A stretch of DNA of 64,000 nt from Promethearchaeota archaeon (GTDB lineage Archaea > Asgardarchaeota > Hermodarchaeia > Hermodarchaeales > Hermodarchaeaceae). The stretch lies in the NCBI GenBank assembly GCA_048939625.1, contig JBHLPH010000005.1, forward strand, positions 46,972 through 110,971, in the 5' to 3' direction. The position numbers and the translations under genes were made by a program. The notes under the pieces are model-generated. The model was not told the origin of the DNA, did no database searches, and saw only the letters and a program-made list of their open reading frames with translations. This document shows, piece by piece, positions 9,835 to 18,889 of the stretch. The first letter of the stretch is position 1; each line of letters begins with the position of its first letter.

Positions 9835-10723
9835 TTGTTCCTAAGATTGGAACTCACCGTGGATAGTTGCGTCTGGTTTACTGGACAACAGGTATCTGAA
9901 TACTACACTTTTAAGAAGAATAAGTCACGGCAACATCGAAGTTCTTTATATAACTAACACGGCAAATCTTACAGGTTATCTAGTGTTTGTTTTGCCTGCA
10001 ACAAGTGGACTAGCCTCCACTTGACTAGCTGCAACCATGTATGCTTGGTTTCGTGTTGAATATATTGGATTTGTGATTGCAGGTTTGATTTTGGCCTTTG
10101 TGCATTAGCCTATTCTTGGTGCCTTATTTGCTAAACGAGAGTTCTTCTTTCTCCTTTCATTTAATGAATACATGTGGGAGTTGTGTCATTAGTCTATAAT
10201 CTTAATCGACTGGTGGTCGTTTGGTCTTCGGTGGTTTGGTAGTTGGATTTGTGGCTTTCTGACTGTCTTACCGTGCATGTTTCCGAGATCCTAATGGGGA
10301 TTCGTACTAAGCAAAGCTGTGGTTGAATTCACAGGCACTCCATGAAATGAGTTCGGATTTCATGCAAGTTTACAGATGTCTGATAAATTCGCATTTGAAG
10401 GTTACCAAGGATAGGGGTCTTGACCGGTATCTGGCGGATGGTTTGTCATTATATCACCATTTGGGGGGTTGCAGGTGTTTTCAGCCAAGAATGGGATAAA
10501 AGGTGGTTAAAATCGGGTTTAGGTGGAGAGAAAAAGCGTAAACGTCATTAATAGGGGTTTGATTAGCCTACGGAGCCCTTTCAACAGTTATTGGAGATTT
10601 TAAATGGTTTTTAGTTGTGATCTCGATATTATAATTTCGTCGGTCTGAAAAAAGTGAGAGGGGATTTTGGCTTTTGGACAATAATGTCTTGAAGTTTTTC
10701 GCCATAAGTAACGTTTTTGGGCT

Positions 10724-12145
10724 ATGAAAATCGGTGTTATCTTCATGGCGGGAGTGATTGACCATCCATTGATTCAACTCGTTAATCAGATTGTCGCTAG
10801 AACACGTCCCGTTGATGAGCAAGCTAGAATTAAGCAGCGATTATTCGACATCGTACTGTATATCAAACGGGTCGAAGGACACGAACTGACCCGTGAAGAA
10901 AAGGATTTTATCACGCACCACAAACTGGGTATGTGGGATTTCGCACCTTCGAAAGAGTTAGCAGAGGGTCTACGAGATCGAATCCGGATTATCGATGAGT
11001 ATCAAATAGAATCAGCTTTTCGCATTCATGAAATGCTTGAATATGGATTTGAAATAACTTCTTCTCGTACCCTTACAACAAGCCAAGTGTCAATTCTACA
11101 AGAACTTGTGAAAGACCCAATGATGAACGTGTCCCAATTAAGCAGACGGTTAGGTAACTCGCGGAATTTCATTACAAAGTCACTCCGCGAAATGGAAGAG
11201 CACTTTGCACTTCGTCGGACCTATGTCGCAAACCGCGGAAAGCTCAAGTTCACTCTTTTCTCCTTATTCTTTCGTACAAAATCATTTAACGAATCAAAAG
11301 CTCTTGAATCTTGGGTCCATAAATCAACCCCTTTATTCCATACAACCTTAGTTTTTGATGTGACTTTCCGGAATGGTATACTTGGGTTTGCTATACCTTC
11401 CCAACAACGGGCTCATCGCCTTTTCGAACGCCGTGTACGACGGTTAGAACAGCAATATTTCGAGAGAACCCACTTGCACAAAGGTTTGGAACAATATTGG
11501 AATATCCGATTTGATAACTACGACTCCAATACAGGCCAATGGCTGATACCTTTTGAATTTGAGAATCTGTATGAATTTCAAGCTTCGAACCAAACAAAAA
11601 GCGTGGCACTAACATACTGTTCCTATGCGGATCTAAGAGAAGCGGCCTATTTCGACCACATTGACTTGCTTCTCACACGAGCAAAAATCAATGTGAAAAA
11701 CACCATTGCAGATATCCAATCTTATCTTTCCCAATATCATTATAACTTATCTCATAATGCAATTTCTCAACGACTAGCTCGGTTACGCGAGGAAGAGGTC
11801 ATATTTCCTCATCTATATTTTAGTGGCGCAGGAATTGAAGAATTCATCGCACTAAGCATAATCTGTAATTCAAAAACTCAGAAAGAGCTGCAATTACTGG
11901 CTTCCTATTTTCCACTCTCTTTCACCTATATAACACAACAAGGCATAACGATTTTTGTCAAACGACCTACTGGATGGCGAGAATTTTTCACCAAGTTCAT
12001 TCATGACCTTCCTTCAGTCTTTGACATCCAAGAATTAATGGTAGTCTACCAAGAGAGAAATTATGGAAGTGGACTTCGTGATCCAGTATATAATCGTTGG
12101 AATGAAAAGCGCCAGTATTGGGAGTTTCGAGAAACAGAAATTTAA
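10724..12145 (+). CDS. Large regulator with two Lrp-like HTH modules
   Basis: HTH1 ILQELVKDPMMNVSQLSRRLGNSRNFITKSL; HTH2 LSHNAISQRLARLREEEVI; start may be ATG 10745. Confidence 0.75.
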   Translation: MKIGVIFMAGVIDHPLIQLVNQIVARTRPVDEQARIKQRLFDIVLYIKRVEGHELTREEKDFITHHKLGMWDFAPSKELAEGLRDRIRIIDEYQIESAFRIHEMLEYGFEITSSRTLTTSQVSILQELVKDPMMNVSQLSRRLGNSRNFITKSLREMEEHFALRRTYVANRGKLKFTLFSLFFRTKSFNESKALESWVHKSTPLFHTTLVFDVTFRNGILGFAIPSQQRAHRLFERRVRRLEQQYFERTHLHKGLEQYWNIRFDNYDSNTGQWLIPFEFENLYEFQASNQTKSVALTYCSYADLREAAYFDHIDLLLTRAKINVKNTIADIQSYLSQYHYNLSHNAISQRLARLREEEVIFPHLYFSGAGIEEFIALSIICNSKTQKELQLLASYFPLSFTYITQQGITIFVKRPTGWREFFTKFIHDLPSVFDIQELMVVYQERNYGSGLRDPVYNRWNEKRQYWEFRETEI

Positions 12146-12206
12146 TGACACCCAGATGGGGCATTCGTTGGAGGTGAATGCCCTGGTGCATATCTGGGTG
12201 TGGTGC

Positions 12207-12479
12207 CTAATCGCGGCCAATTATTCTAAGCTCAACCCCCCGTGTTGGCTCAGATGGCACGATGGTTATGGAATCTGGTTTGGTAACACCAAAATCCCGT
12301 GCTAATGCGAGAACGAGGAGATTGCACACTGCGGCGAGATGTCGTGAAATTTCACGTTCAGAGAAACGATCTACGCAGAAGTGACGAACTTTACTCTCGG
12401 ATACCTGGAGTCCTTCTTCGGTGAAGGATAAAGTAGGTTCGGTTCTTTGAGGTTCATGGGCGGGAGTGTCGTTCGTCAT
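12207..12479 (-). CDS. Small hypothetical protein, 90 aa, divergent from the second double-HTH regulator
   Basis: ATG preceded by GTGAT RBS-like motif; plausible globular composition. Confidence 0.55.
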   Translation of the reverse strand: MTNDTPAHEPQRTEPTLSFTEEGLQVSESKVRHFCVDRFSEREISRHLAAVCNLLVLALARDFGVTKPDSITIVPSEPTRGVELRIIGRD

Positions 12480-12826
12480 CCAGTATCACAGTCTCATCAT
12501 GCATTAGGCTAGCTGGAGAAAGAGGAGGGATAACAGACCAATATAGAATCTTTCTCCATTACTGACCTCATACCCGATGCTTATAAGACGGAGAAAAGGG
12601 CAACCAACGTACCTTATTTTAGAAATCCCCAATGAAGCAGGCTAGAAACGATTGTGAGGCGCTACTAATCGGGTTTTTTTCGATTTGAAGCGAATTCTTA
12701 TCGGTTTAGTAGTTGAAAAAAAGAAGCCTTTAGCGAAAGATGTGACCGGGGCATCCGATTTGAACCATTTTTTCTTTTGAATCCCCACACTTATATTAAA
12801 ACGAAGAAAATGAGTGGCGAACTGGA

Positions 12827-14227
12827 ATGGATGACTACAAGAAAGCTCTCCTAGAATGGTGTCAACAGATTATTGAGGCAATTCACGATAAACCGGCTAA
12901 AGAAAATCTGGTAAATCTCCTAAACCAATTGATTATTTACCAATTTCGTGTTCGAAAACTACCTTTGCCAGATTTCAAACCACTTAAACCAAGCGAATTT
13001 GATGCTGAGTCTATTCCCATCTCTCTTGAAGTTGCTGCGGAAATAGATGCCCGTTTAGAACTCCTTGCTAGTTATCAATTAGGAGAGGCTCAAAGAGTTA
13101 TAGAACTCCTTATAGCAGGACTACAAGTTGAGCAGCCTCCTTTATTCAGCTCTAATCAAATAGACTTAATTTCAATGCTTTTTCAGGAACCAGAAATAGG
13201 AACTGTGAAGCTAGCAGAGAAACTTGGAGTAAGCCCACGGACGGTGAACAAACAGAAAACTGTGCTATTCTCCCAATTCGGAATACGGATTGCTGAAATG
13301 TTTGATCCCCATCAACTCGGTTTCACCCATATTGGGCTGAGGTTTCGAACACATTCACTTCAAGCTTCGCAGGAGCTCAAGGATCGCATATTTCAGGAAT
13401 CTACTTCATCAGGAGCACTTCCGTTTATCCAAGGAGTATCCTTTGATATTAACCAACAAGACGGTTTCCTCTCCCTCTATTGCCTAAACCAAGTGAACGC
13501 AAGAAAATCGTTGGATGTGCTTATCAAGGAATTCACAGAGTCATTCTTTGAGGAATATGAGGACTACACAATCCTTGGGTTTTACACAAATGTGAACCTT
13601 GACAGTTATGACTATGTTTCGAAATCTTGGCAAATTATATCGGATTTACGGACGGAAGGTACACGGAGATTCCTTGAAGAGCATGGTCCACAATTCACCC
13701 CCCCGAGAGGTTTTATCTATCAAACCAAGAGGTTTGAATTCAACCAAGCGGATTGGCTCCTCCTTCTCAGTATCTGTCAGGGATTTCTTAAAAGAAAGGA
13801 ACGGAAAGTCATGCTAGAAGGTTATGGATTTCCATTGGCTGAAAAAACAGTTTGGGCTCATGAAAATCGTCTTCGGAAAGCACAGATACTCTTCCCCTAT
13901 TTAGCGTTTAGCCCCATGTTGTTGACCGAAATCGTTTGCATCCCAATCAAATGCGAACGAATGACATTTGACTTTCTTCAACAATTCAGCACCCAATTTG
14001 CTACGAGTCGCCTTCTCCCAACCAAAGATGGAATGATTCTCTTTATTGGAGTCCCCACGTGGGCATCCAGTCTTACACATCAACTCACCCATACCCTTCT
14101 CGATATGCCTGGCCTGCAAGATGTCACAGTTCTCCGATTGAAACGTGATATTCCACAGATTCCTTCAATTCATACGTATCAGCTCTGGAACCCAGCAACC
14201 CAAAAATGGAAAATTTCAGATAGGTAG
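12827..14227 (+). CDS. Large regulator with two Lrp-like HTH modules (paralog of 10724-12145)
   Basis: HTH KLAEKLGVSPRTVNK; shares FRT.S, FD...+.G, D.YD.....W, FP.L.FS and terminal WN...Q.W motifs with the paralog. Confidence 0.75.
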   Translation: MDDYKKALLEWCQQIIEAIHDKPAKENLVNLLNQLIIYQFRVRKLPLPDFKPLKPSEFDAESIPISLEVAAEIDARLELLASYQLGEAQRVIELLIAGLQVEQPPLFSSNQIDLISMLFQEPEIGTVKLAEKLGVSPRTVNKQKTVLFSQFGIRIAEMFDPHQLGFTHIGLRFRTHSLQASQELKDRIFQESTSSGALPFIQGVSFDINQQDGFLSLYCLNQVNARKSLDVLIKEFTESFFEEYEDYTILGFYTNVNLDSYDYVSKSWQIISDLRTEGTRRFLEEHGPQFTPPRGFIYQTKRFEFNQADWLLLLSICQGFLKRKERKVMLEGYGFPLAEKTVWAHENRLRKAQILFPYLAFSPMLLTEIVCIPIKCERMTFDFLQQFSTQFATSRLLPTKDGMILFIGVPTWASSLTHQLTHTLLDMPGLQDVTVLRLKRDIPQIPSIHTYQLWNPATQKWKISDR

Positions 14228-14495
14228 GTTCTTTCAGCACACTCAGGTTCACAATCGGATTTTCCTAAAAAATGGTAATGTCGTAATCGGTGACTCATGA
14301 TTAGCAGCTTCTTTCATTTGGAGCAACGCAAAACATTACACTGCGACAGGGGTTCTTTAAATACCTCGAAGCGGTCCTCTTAGTGCTTGTAATCAAAAGC
14401 CTGCCCTATTACATAATTCAAGCAAAAAGAAAACGCTAGTTTCTCCGAGGTTCAACCATCTAGCTAGAATGATTGTATTCAATTTCGCTGGAATA

Positions 14496-14873
14496 TCAAA
14501 TTAATCCTATTAACCAATTCCACCCAAACCACACCATGAGAATATTGAAGACAACTCCCACAATGATCAGAAATCTGTCATAGTATCCACGATAGGACCG
14601 CAGCCCTGCGAGATTGACCATTAAGAGTATGATAGCAAAGATGATATTCAACCAGCCAATCACCGGATTGGGTAACACCAACGACAGGAAGAGCATGATT
14701 ATGGGAACCAACATGAGCAAAGTGGCAGCAAATCAGGTTCGCTGTGTCGCTTTCTCACCAGCCATTTCACCCGTTACAAAATCACCGCTAAAGATCCGCA
14801 GCACATCTCCTAATAAATAAATGAACATCAGGCTAATCCATAATGCTGCAAGAATAATACGTACATCTTCTAT
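14496..14873 (-). pseudogene. Disrupted DUF6326-like small membrane protein
   Basis: Frame reads (ATA)EDVRIILAALWISLMFIYLLGDVLRIFSGDF...TQRT*FAATLLMLVP...; ATA instead of ATG after GGTGA RBS, and in-frame TGA at 14735-14733. Confidence 0.7.
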
Positions 14874-14952
14874 ATTTCAATCACCATAGCTTTTGTAAGA
14901 ACAGTTTCTTCCTGTACAACTGCTCTCCTTTTAATATTCAGTGTGTTGAACC

Positions 14953-14980
14953 AAAAAAAGTGGTGCAAAAAAAGCACCAC
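14953..14980 (-). terminator. Hairpin plus U7 terminator
   Basis: Minus strand GTGGTGC-T7-GCACCAC-T7. Confidence 0.75.
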
Positions 14981-15230
14981 ACGATAGCGGGATGGGGCGT
15001 CCTAGAACGAGGACATAAAGGAGGAGAGGGGGAGAGGGGAATGAAAGACACAGGGAAGGAGACCCCATCCTATCGCCGTAGTAGTGTCGTTTTACCTCGT
15101 TCGGTGTGTTGTGTGTGGAGAACTGTGTTCCATGACGAGGTGGAGTTAGGGTTGGAAAGAGTGCTTTCTTCAAGTGAAAGCGCTTGTGTTGTGCTCTATT
15201 CCACCTCGGGGAACTCCCGTTATCCAACTG
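14953..15230 (-). ncRNA. Candidate structured small RNA (element E1, about 280 nt)
   Basis: Lies between a BRE/TATA (15248-15264) and a terminator; stems 15136-15144/15200-15208 and 14982-15003/15057-15075; about 50-nt pyrimidine loop; overlapping ORFs lack protein-like character. Confidence 0.6.
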
Positions 15231-15247
15231 GATATAGGTTATACTGA

Positions 15248-15264
15248 ATTTAAAACGTTTCCTT
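15248..15264 (-). promoter_or_regulatory. Archaeal BRE/TATA promoter for E1
   Basis: Minus strand AAGGAAACG-TTTTAAAT, downstream of a T6 run that follows the phosphatase stop. Confidence 0.6.
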
Positions 15265-15330
15265 TTACTGTTGGAGTTTTTTCCGTAAATCAGAGTAGAT
15301 TCGGAAAAAATGACTGAACAGCATGTTACC

Positions 15331-17100
15331 TCAGGAAGTGTTCCGAGCTCTTCTGCGGAAGACGAGAGCAAGTGAAATAGTTAAGGTAAAGCCAATGATG
15401 ATGGAGAGAAGAGGAAATCCAGGGATACCAGGTGGGGGAGGGGTCCAAGTCGAATCTTGAAATGTGACACGGAAGGTGATAGAAGCGGCATTACCATAGG
15501 GATCAAATGCTGTGACGTTCAGTCCAAACGTTACTCCAGTAGCGCCTGTTGTACTTTCGAGAAGGCCTAAGTTAGATATTTCAAAATTAGATGTATCATT
15601 GACCAGCCAGTCGGTAATTCCAGAACGGTCGGTGGCATTAAGCCGGAGAACGAGTCCGAGGCCATATTCGACGATTTGATCTTCGGGGATGTTTAACCAA
15701 GTTGGAGCGATTGTATCGCGTATTTGGAATTGAAAGGTGCTTGAGAGGATGAGCCCACTGGAGTCGTTAACGTGAACTTCGACTCCGTAGTCTCCAACCG
15801 CTAGTGAGGTTGTGTTTTGAATCAGTCCTGTGCTATCGATGGCGAAGTTGGTAGTATCATTGATCCACCACGTATCAACGGGATTAATGGAAAAGGTGCT
15901 GAGTTGGTAAGAGCACAAATCTCCAAATTCGATTTGTTGATCTGTAGGAAGGTCAGTCCATTCGAAAGGAAGATGGCCTGGAACTAGGTCAAAGGCTTCG
16001 AAGAGGTATTCACCAATGTCCGTTAGATGAGAGAAGGTGGGAAGAACAGTTGTGGTGTTGTGATAGACAAATACGGGTACTGGGGCGTCAGTATGATAGG
16101 TATCAGTGAATTGGTATTGCAACACGGGATTAGTCATGTTGACCCAGAGACCACCGCATTCATGATCAGCGGTGACAATCAGGAGGGTACGGTTATTTTG
16201 CTGGGTGTACTCATAGGCAACTTGAACAGCTTCGTCGAAGGCAATGGTTTCGCCGATAGTGTGATTGATGTGCCAATCATGACAGGCGTGGTCAATCCGA
16301 CCACCTTCGACCATGAGGAAGAATCCGGTTGAGCTCCGATCAAGGAATTGCAATGAAATGTTGGTCATTTCTTTCAGATGGGGTTCGATGAGAGGGTTGC
16401 GATCGTATTCGTAATTCATATAGTAATCAGTAAATAACCCGAGTAGGTAATCGGCACTTGCACTCGCAATCATGTCGTTTCGATTTTGCACAATCGTGTA
16501 CCCAAGGCTAGTCGCTGTTGCTAGTTGAGAAGAGTAGTATTCGAGTCCCCCACCAAGGAGTACCTCAATGTCCTTGGTAATTTGTTGTTGAGCGATTGTA
16601 TATTGATCATTGCGATTTGGGACATGTGACGAAAAGGGAGCTGGTGTTCCATGCGTAAGAGTAGTGGTTGTCACTAAACCTGTGGCTTTATCTAACGCTT
16701 CAGCGGCTTCTAGAATCGTGGTCAACTTTTCACCAGTCGGTAACATAGCAACCATATTGTTGTTCGTCCGATTCCCGGTTGCGAGAGCTGTTGCAGCGGC
16801 AGCAGAGTCAGTCACTGAACTATCCAAAGAATACGTTTCGATATCGCCAAGGTACGACAATTCTTCCATAGTTAAATTTCCGGATGTTCCCAACCATTTC
16901 TTGGTAGCATTAATTTGTCCCCAGCCCATGCCATCTCCAATCATCAAAATGACGTTCTCAAAAGGCGCATCAGGAGATGCAGGTGCAAGAAGAACATTTT
17001 GGCTAACCTGGGCCATTGGAGTGATCACAGTTATTGGAAAAGGAGATATCAGAAGCAGACTAAGCAGTATTGATAGAGAAACAATTGAAATTAATTTCAG
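15331..17100 (-). CDS. Cell-surface alkaline phosphatase with Ig-like repeats and PGF-type C-terminal anchor
   Basis: IGDGMG, VTDSAAAATA (catalytic Ser), VEGGRIDHACH, TADHECGG; two x(W)xxxPxDQ..E.G repeats; PPPPPGIPGFP-TM-RRRAR; signal peptide implies start at CTG 17100. Confidence 0.9.
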   Translation of the reverse strand: MKLISIVSLSILLSLLLISPFPITVITPMAQVSQNVLLAPASPDAPFENVILMIGDGMGWGQINATKKWLGTSGNLTMEELSYLGDIETYSLDSSVTDSAAAATALATGNRTNNNMVAMLPTGEKLTTILEAAEALDKATGLVTTTTLTHGTPAPFSSHVPNRNDQYTIAQQQITKDIEVLLGGGLEYYSSQLATATSLGYTIVQNRNDMIASASADYLLGLFTDYYMNYEYDRNPLIEPHLKEMTNISLQFLDRSSTGFFLMVEGGRIDHACHDWHINHTIGETIAFDEAVQVAYEYTQQNNRTLLIVTADHECGGLWVNMTNPVLQYQFTDTYHTDAPVPVFVYHNTTTVLPTFSHLTDIGEYLFEAFDLVPGHLPFEWTDLPTDQQIEFGDLCSYQLSTFSINPVDTWWINDTTNFAIDSTGLIQNTTSLAVGDYGVEVHVNDSSGLILSSTFQFQIRDTIAPTWLNIPEDQIVEYGLGLVLRLNATDRSGITDWLVNDTSNFEISNLGLLESTTGATGVTFGLNVTAFDPYGNAASITFRVTFQDSTWTPPPPGIPGFPLLSIIIGFTLTISLALVFRRRARNTS

Positions 17101-17247
17101 GATGATCCAACCTCTTAGCCGTAACCGAGTATATGCTCATTTTAAATTGTTCGATTAACACAGCAATTTTGTTGTTTAATGGTTTATTGAAAGACAAGGT
17201 TTTTTATACAACTTTCAATTGAGAGCAAAGTGGAGGGTTTCTTAGTA

Positions 17248-17979
17248 ATGACCTTTATTGAAGCTCCTTTACATTTCGGTCTGCTCTTGACAACGACAAT
17301 CATTTTATTGCTAATGACACTCATTGGGTTTCTGTGGGTTGTAAAAACTGAGAATGCGCGTGCGGGTCTTTGGTCGGGATTCCTAACGATTTTTTTCGCG
17401 TTCTTTACGTTTCTGATTCTCACAATCATGGTGTTTCAGGTGCCTGCTGTTGCGACAGTGAGTGAACTCTTGCCATATTCACTGGGCGCATGGACATGTG
17501 TGTCGCTCCATGCTTTCTTCCTATTGTACTATGTTCTAGGATTCAGGTGGCTGCAAAAACGAGTCTGGCTTGCCATCCTGCCTGTTATAGGTACCATGGG
17601 ATTTGTGACAATCCTGTGGATTTACGCCACACCAGCGAATATGATCCTTGTTTTTGATGGTGTCATGAATTGGCTGGCGATGCCATCGATTATTGTTGGC
17701 GTTGGTGGCGTCCTGGCAATCTTCTATATGTTTTTGGCACCGACCTTTGCGGTTTATCAGGTCACGAAATCGCAAGAAGGCATGGTGAAGATGGGAAACT
17801 GGATTAGCTGGATTGGCCTATTTCTTTGGTTCATCGCTGCACTTCTCATGGCTCTGGTCCTTTATGTTGCACCATACATGCTCTTTGTCATAGCCCTTGC
17901 GACTGTCGCTTACATTCTTGTGTTCATCGGTTGGCTCATGGCCACACGAGGAATCAGCTCACCGGCATCGACTGGATGA
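17248..17979 (+). CDS. Stand-alone 7TM membrane protein
   Basis: Seven hydrophobic segments; RBS GGAGG; TTTTTATA promoter upstream. Confidence 0.8.
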   Translation: MTFIEAPLHFGLLLTTTIILLLMTLIGFLWVVKTENARAGLWSGFLTIFFAFFTFLILTIMVFQVPAVATVSELLPYSLGAWTCVSLHAFFLLYYVLGFRWLQKRVWLAILPVIGTMGFVTILWIYATPANMILVFDGVMNWLAMPSIIVGVGGVLAIFYMFLAPTFAVYQVTKSQEGMVKMGNWISWIGLFLWFIAALLMALVLYVAPYMLFVIALATVAYILVFIGWLMATRGISSPASTG

Positions 17980-17981
17980 AT

Positions 17982-18029
17982 AATGCCTGAGATTCCCTTA
18001 AATGGAAATCAGGCATTTCCCTCTTTTTT
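17982..18029 (+). terminator. Hairpin plus T-run terminator
   Basis: AATGCCTGA...TCAGGCATT followed by CCCTCTTTTTT. Confidence 0.65.
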
Positions 18030-18089
18030 CTGAAACGCGAGCGTTTTTATAGCCAATGCCAAAGATGGAAGGCTGGAGGGTTTTTCTGA

Positions 18090-18815
18090 ATGCTCTATAT
18101 CACTGAAGCACCAATTAAATTCGGGATAGCGACAGCAGTTTGTATAATTGCAATAATTGGAGTAATATTGTCTATCTGGTTGGTGAGAAAGTCGCAGGGT
18201 TTCTATCGGACCATGCGGGCCTTTTTTGTGCTATCTCTGATTTGCTTGTCCCTTGGCTTCCTGTTTATCGCTTTGTCCTTTTACAATCTCCCAGCCGCGG
18301 CTACTGTTGAACAGATGTTACCGTATAATCAGCTTATCTATGCGTTCATTGGATTACATGCTTTTTTCCTGTGGTTGTATTTCTGGTGGCAATGGTTCAG
18401 TGAAAAGAAATTGCGTTTAATATTCCCCGTCATCTTAACAGGCGTTTTTCTTGTACTCCTTATGATCTTGCCGACGCCTCTCACGACAGGCATTGTGTCG
18501 GATGGCGTGAACAACTACTTGGTCATGCCCCTTCTACTATCCGCGTATGGGGCACTTCTCATCCTGTGGTATCTGCTACTGGTGCCTTTTATTGCGTTGT
18601 ATCGGTTAGCAAATGAACGGGAAGGGATGAACAAAACCTGGACATGGATCAGCCTCTTTTCCTTGATTCTTTGGTTTATAGCAGTGATGATGATGGCAAT
18701 GGTCGCCTTCATTCCCACAGGTATGCTCTATGGCCTTGGACTAAGCATTGTCGCATGGCTTCTGTTCTTCATCTCAGGCAGCCAGATTCATCTCCCGATG
18801 ACCCTTGAGCCTTAA
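18090..18815 (+). CDS. Stand-alone 7TM membrane protein (tandem paralog)
   Basis: Shares EAP..FG, PA.ATV...LPY, LHAFFL, DGV.N.L.MP, EGM.K...WIS and LWFIA with 17248-17979. Confidence 0.8.
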   Translation: MLYITEAPIKFGIATAVCIIAIIGVILSIWLVRKSQGFYRTMRAFFVLSLICLSLGFLFIALSFYNLPAAATVEQMLPYNQLIYAFIGLHAFFLWLYFWWQWFSEKKLRLIFPVILTGVFLVLLMILPTPLTTGIVSDGVNNYLVMPLLLSAYGALLILWYLLLVPFIALYRLANEREGMNKTWTWISLFSLILWFIAVMMMAMVAFIPTGMLYGLGLSIVAWLLFFISGSQIHLPMTLEP

Positions 18816-18820
18816 TCACT

Positions 18821-18861
18821 CCCGTAGCATTCCTGATGATGCTACGGGCCTCACCCTTTTT
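18821..18861 (+). terminator. Hairpin plus T-run terminator
   Basis: CCCGTAGCAT/ATGCTACGGG 10-bp stem, then CCCTTTTT. Confidence 0.7.
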
Positions 18862-18889
18862 CAAACAATACGTATTCATAAGATGAGAA

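Noticed and set aside
9603-9857. Tracked minus-strand 84-aa ORF
   Set aside because: Antisense shadow of the ferredoxin at 9658-9834
14733-14735. In-frame TGA as selenocysteine or a recoded stop
   Set aside because: It sits in a membrane protein at a probable Trp position, the start codon is also mutated, and TGA is an ordinary stop in many genes here
14931-15371. Tracked ORFs 14931-15371 (-) and 14960-15247 (+)
   Set aside because: Low-complexity translations of the structured element; the minus ORF overlaps the phosphatase end and crosses a terminator
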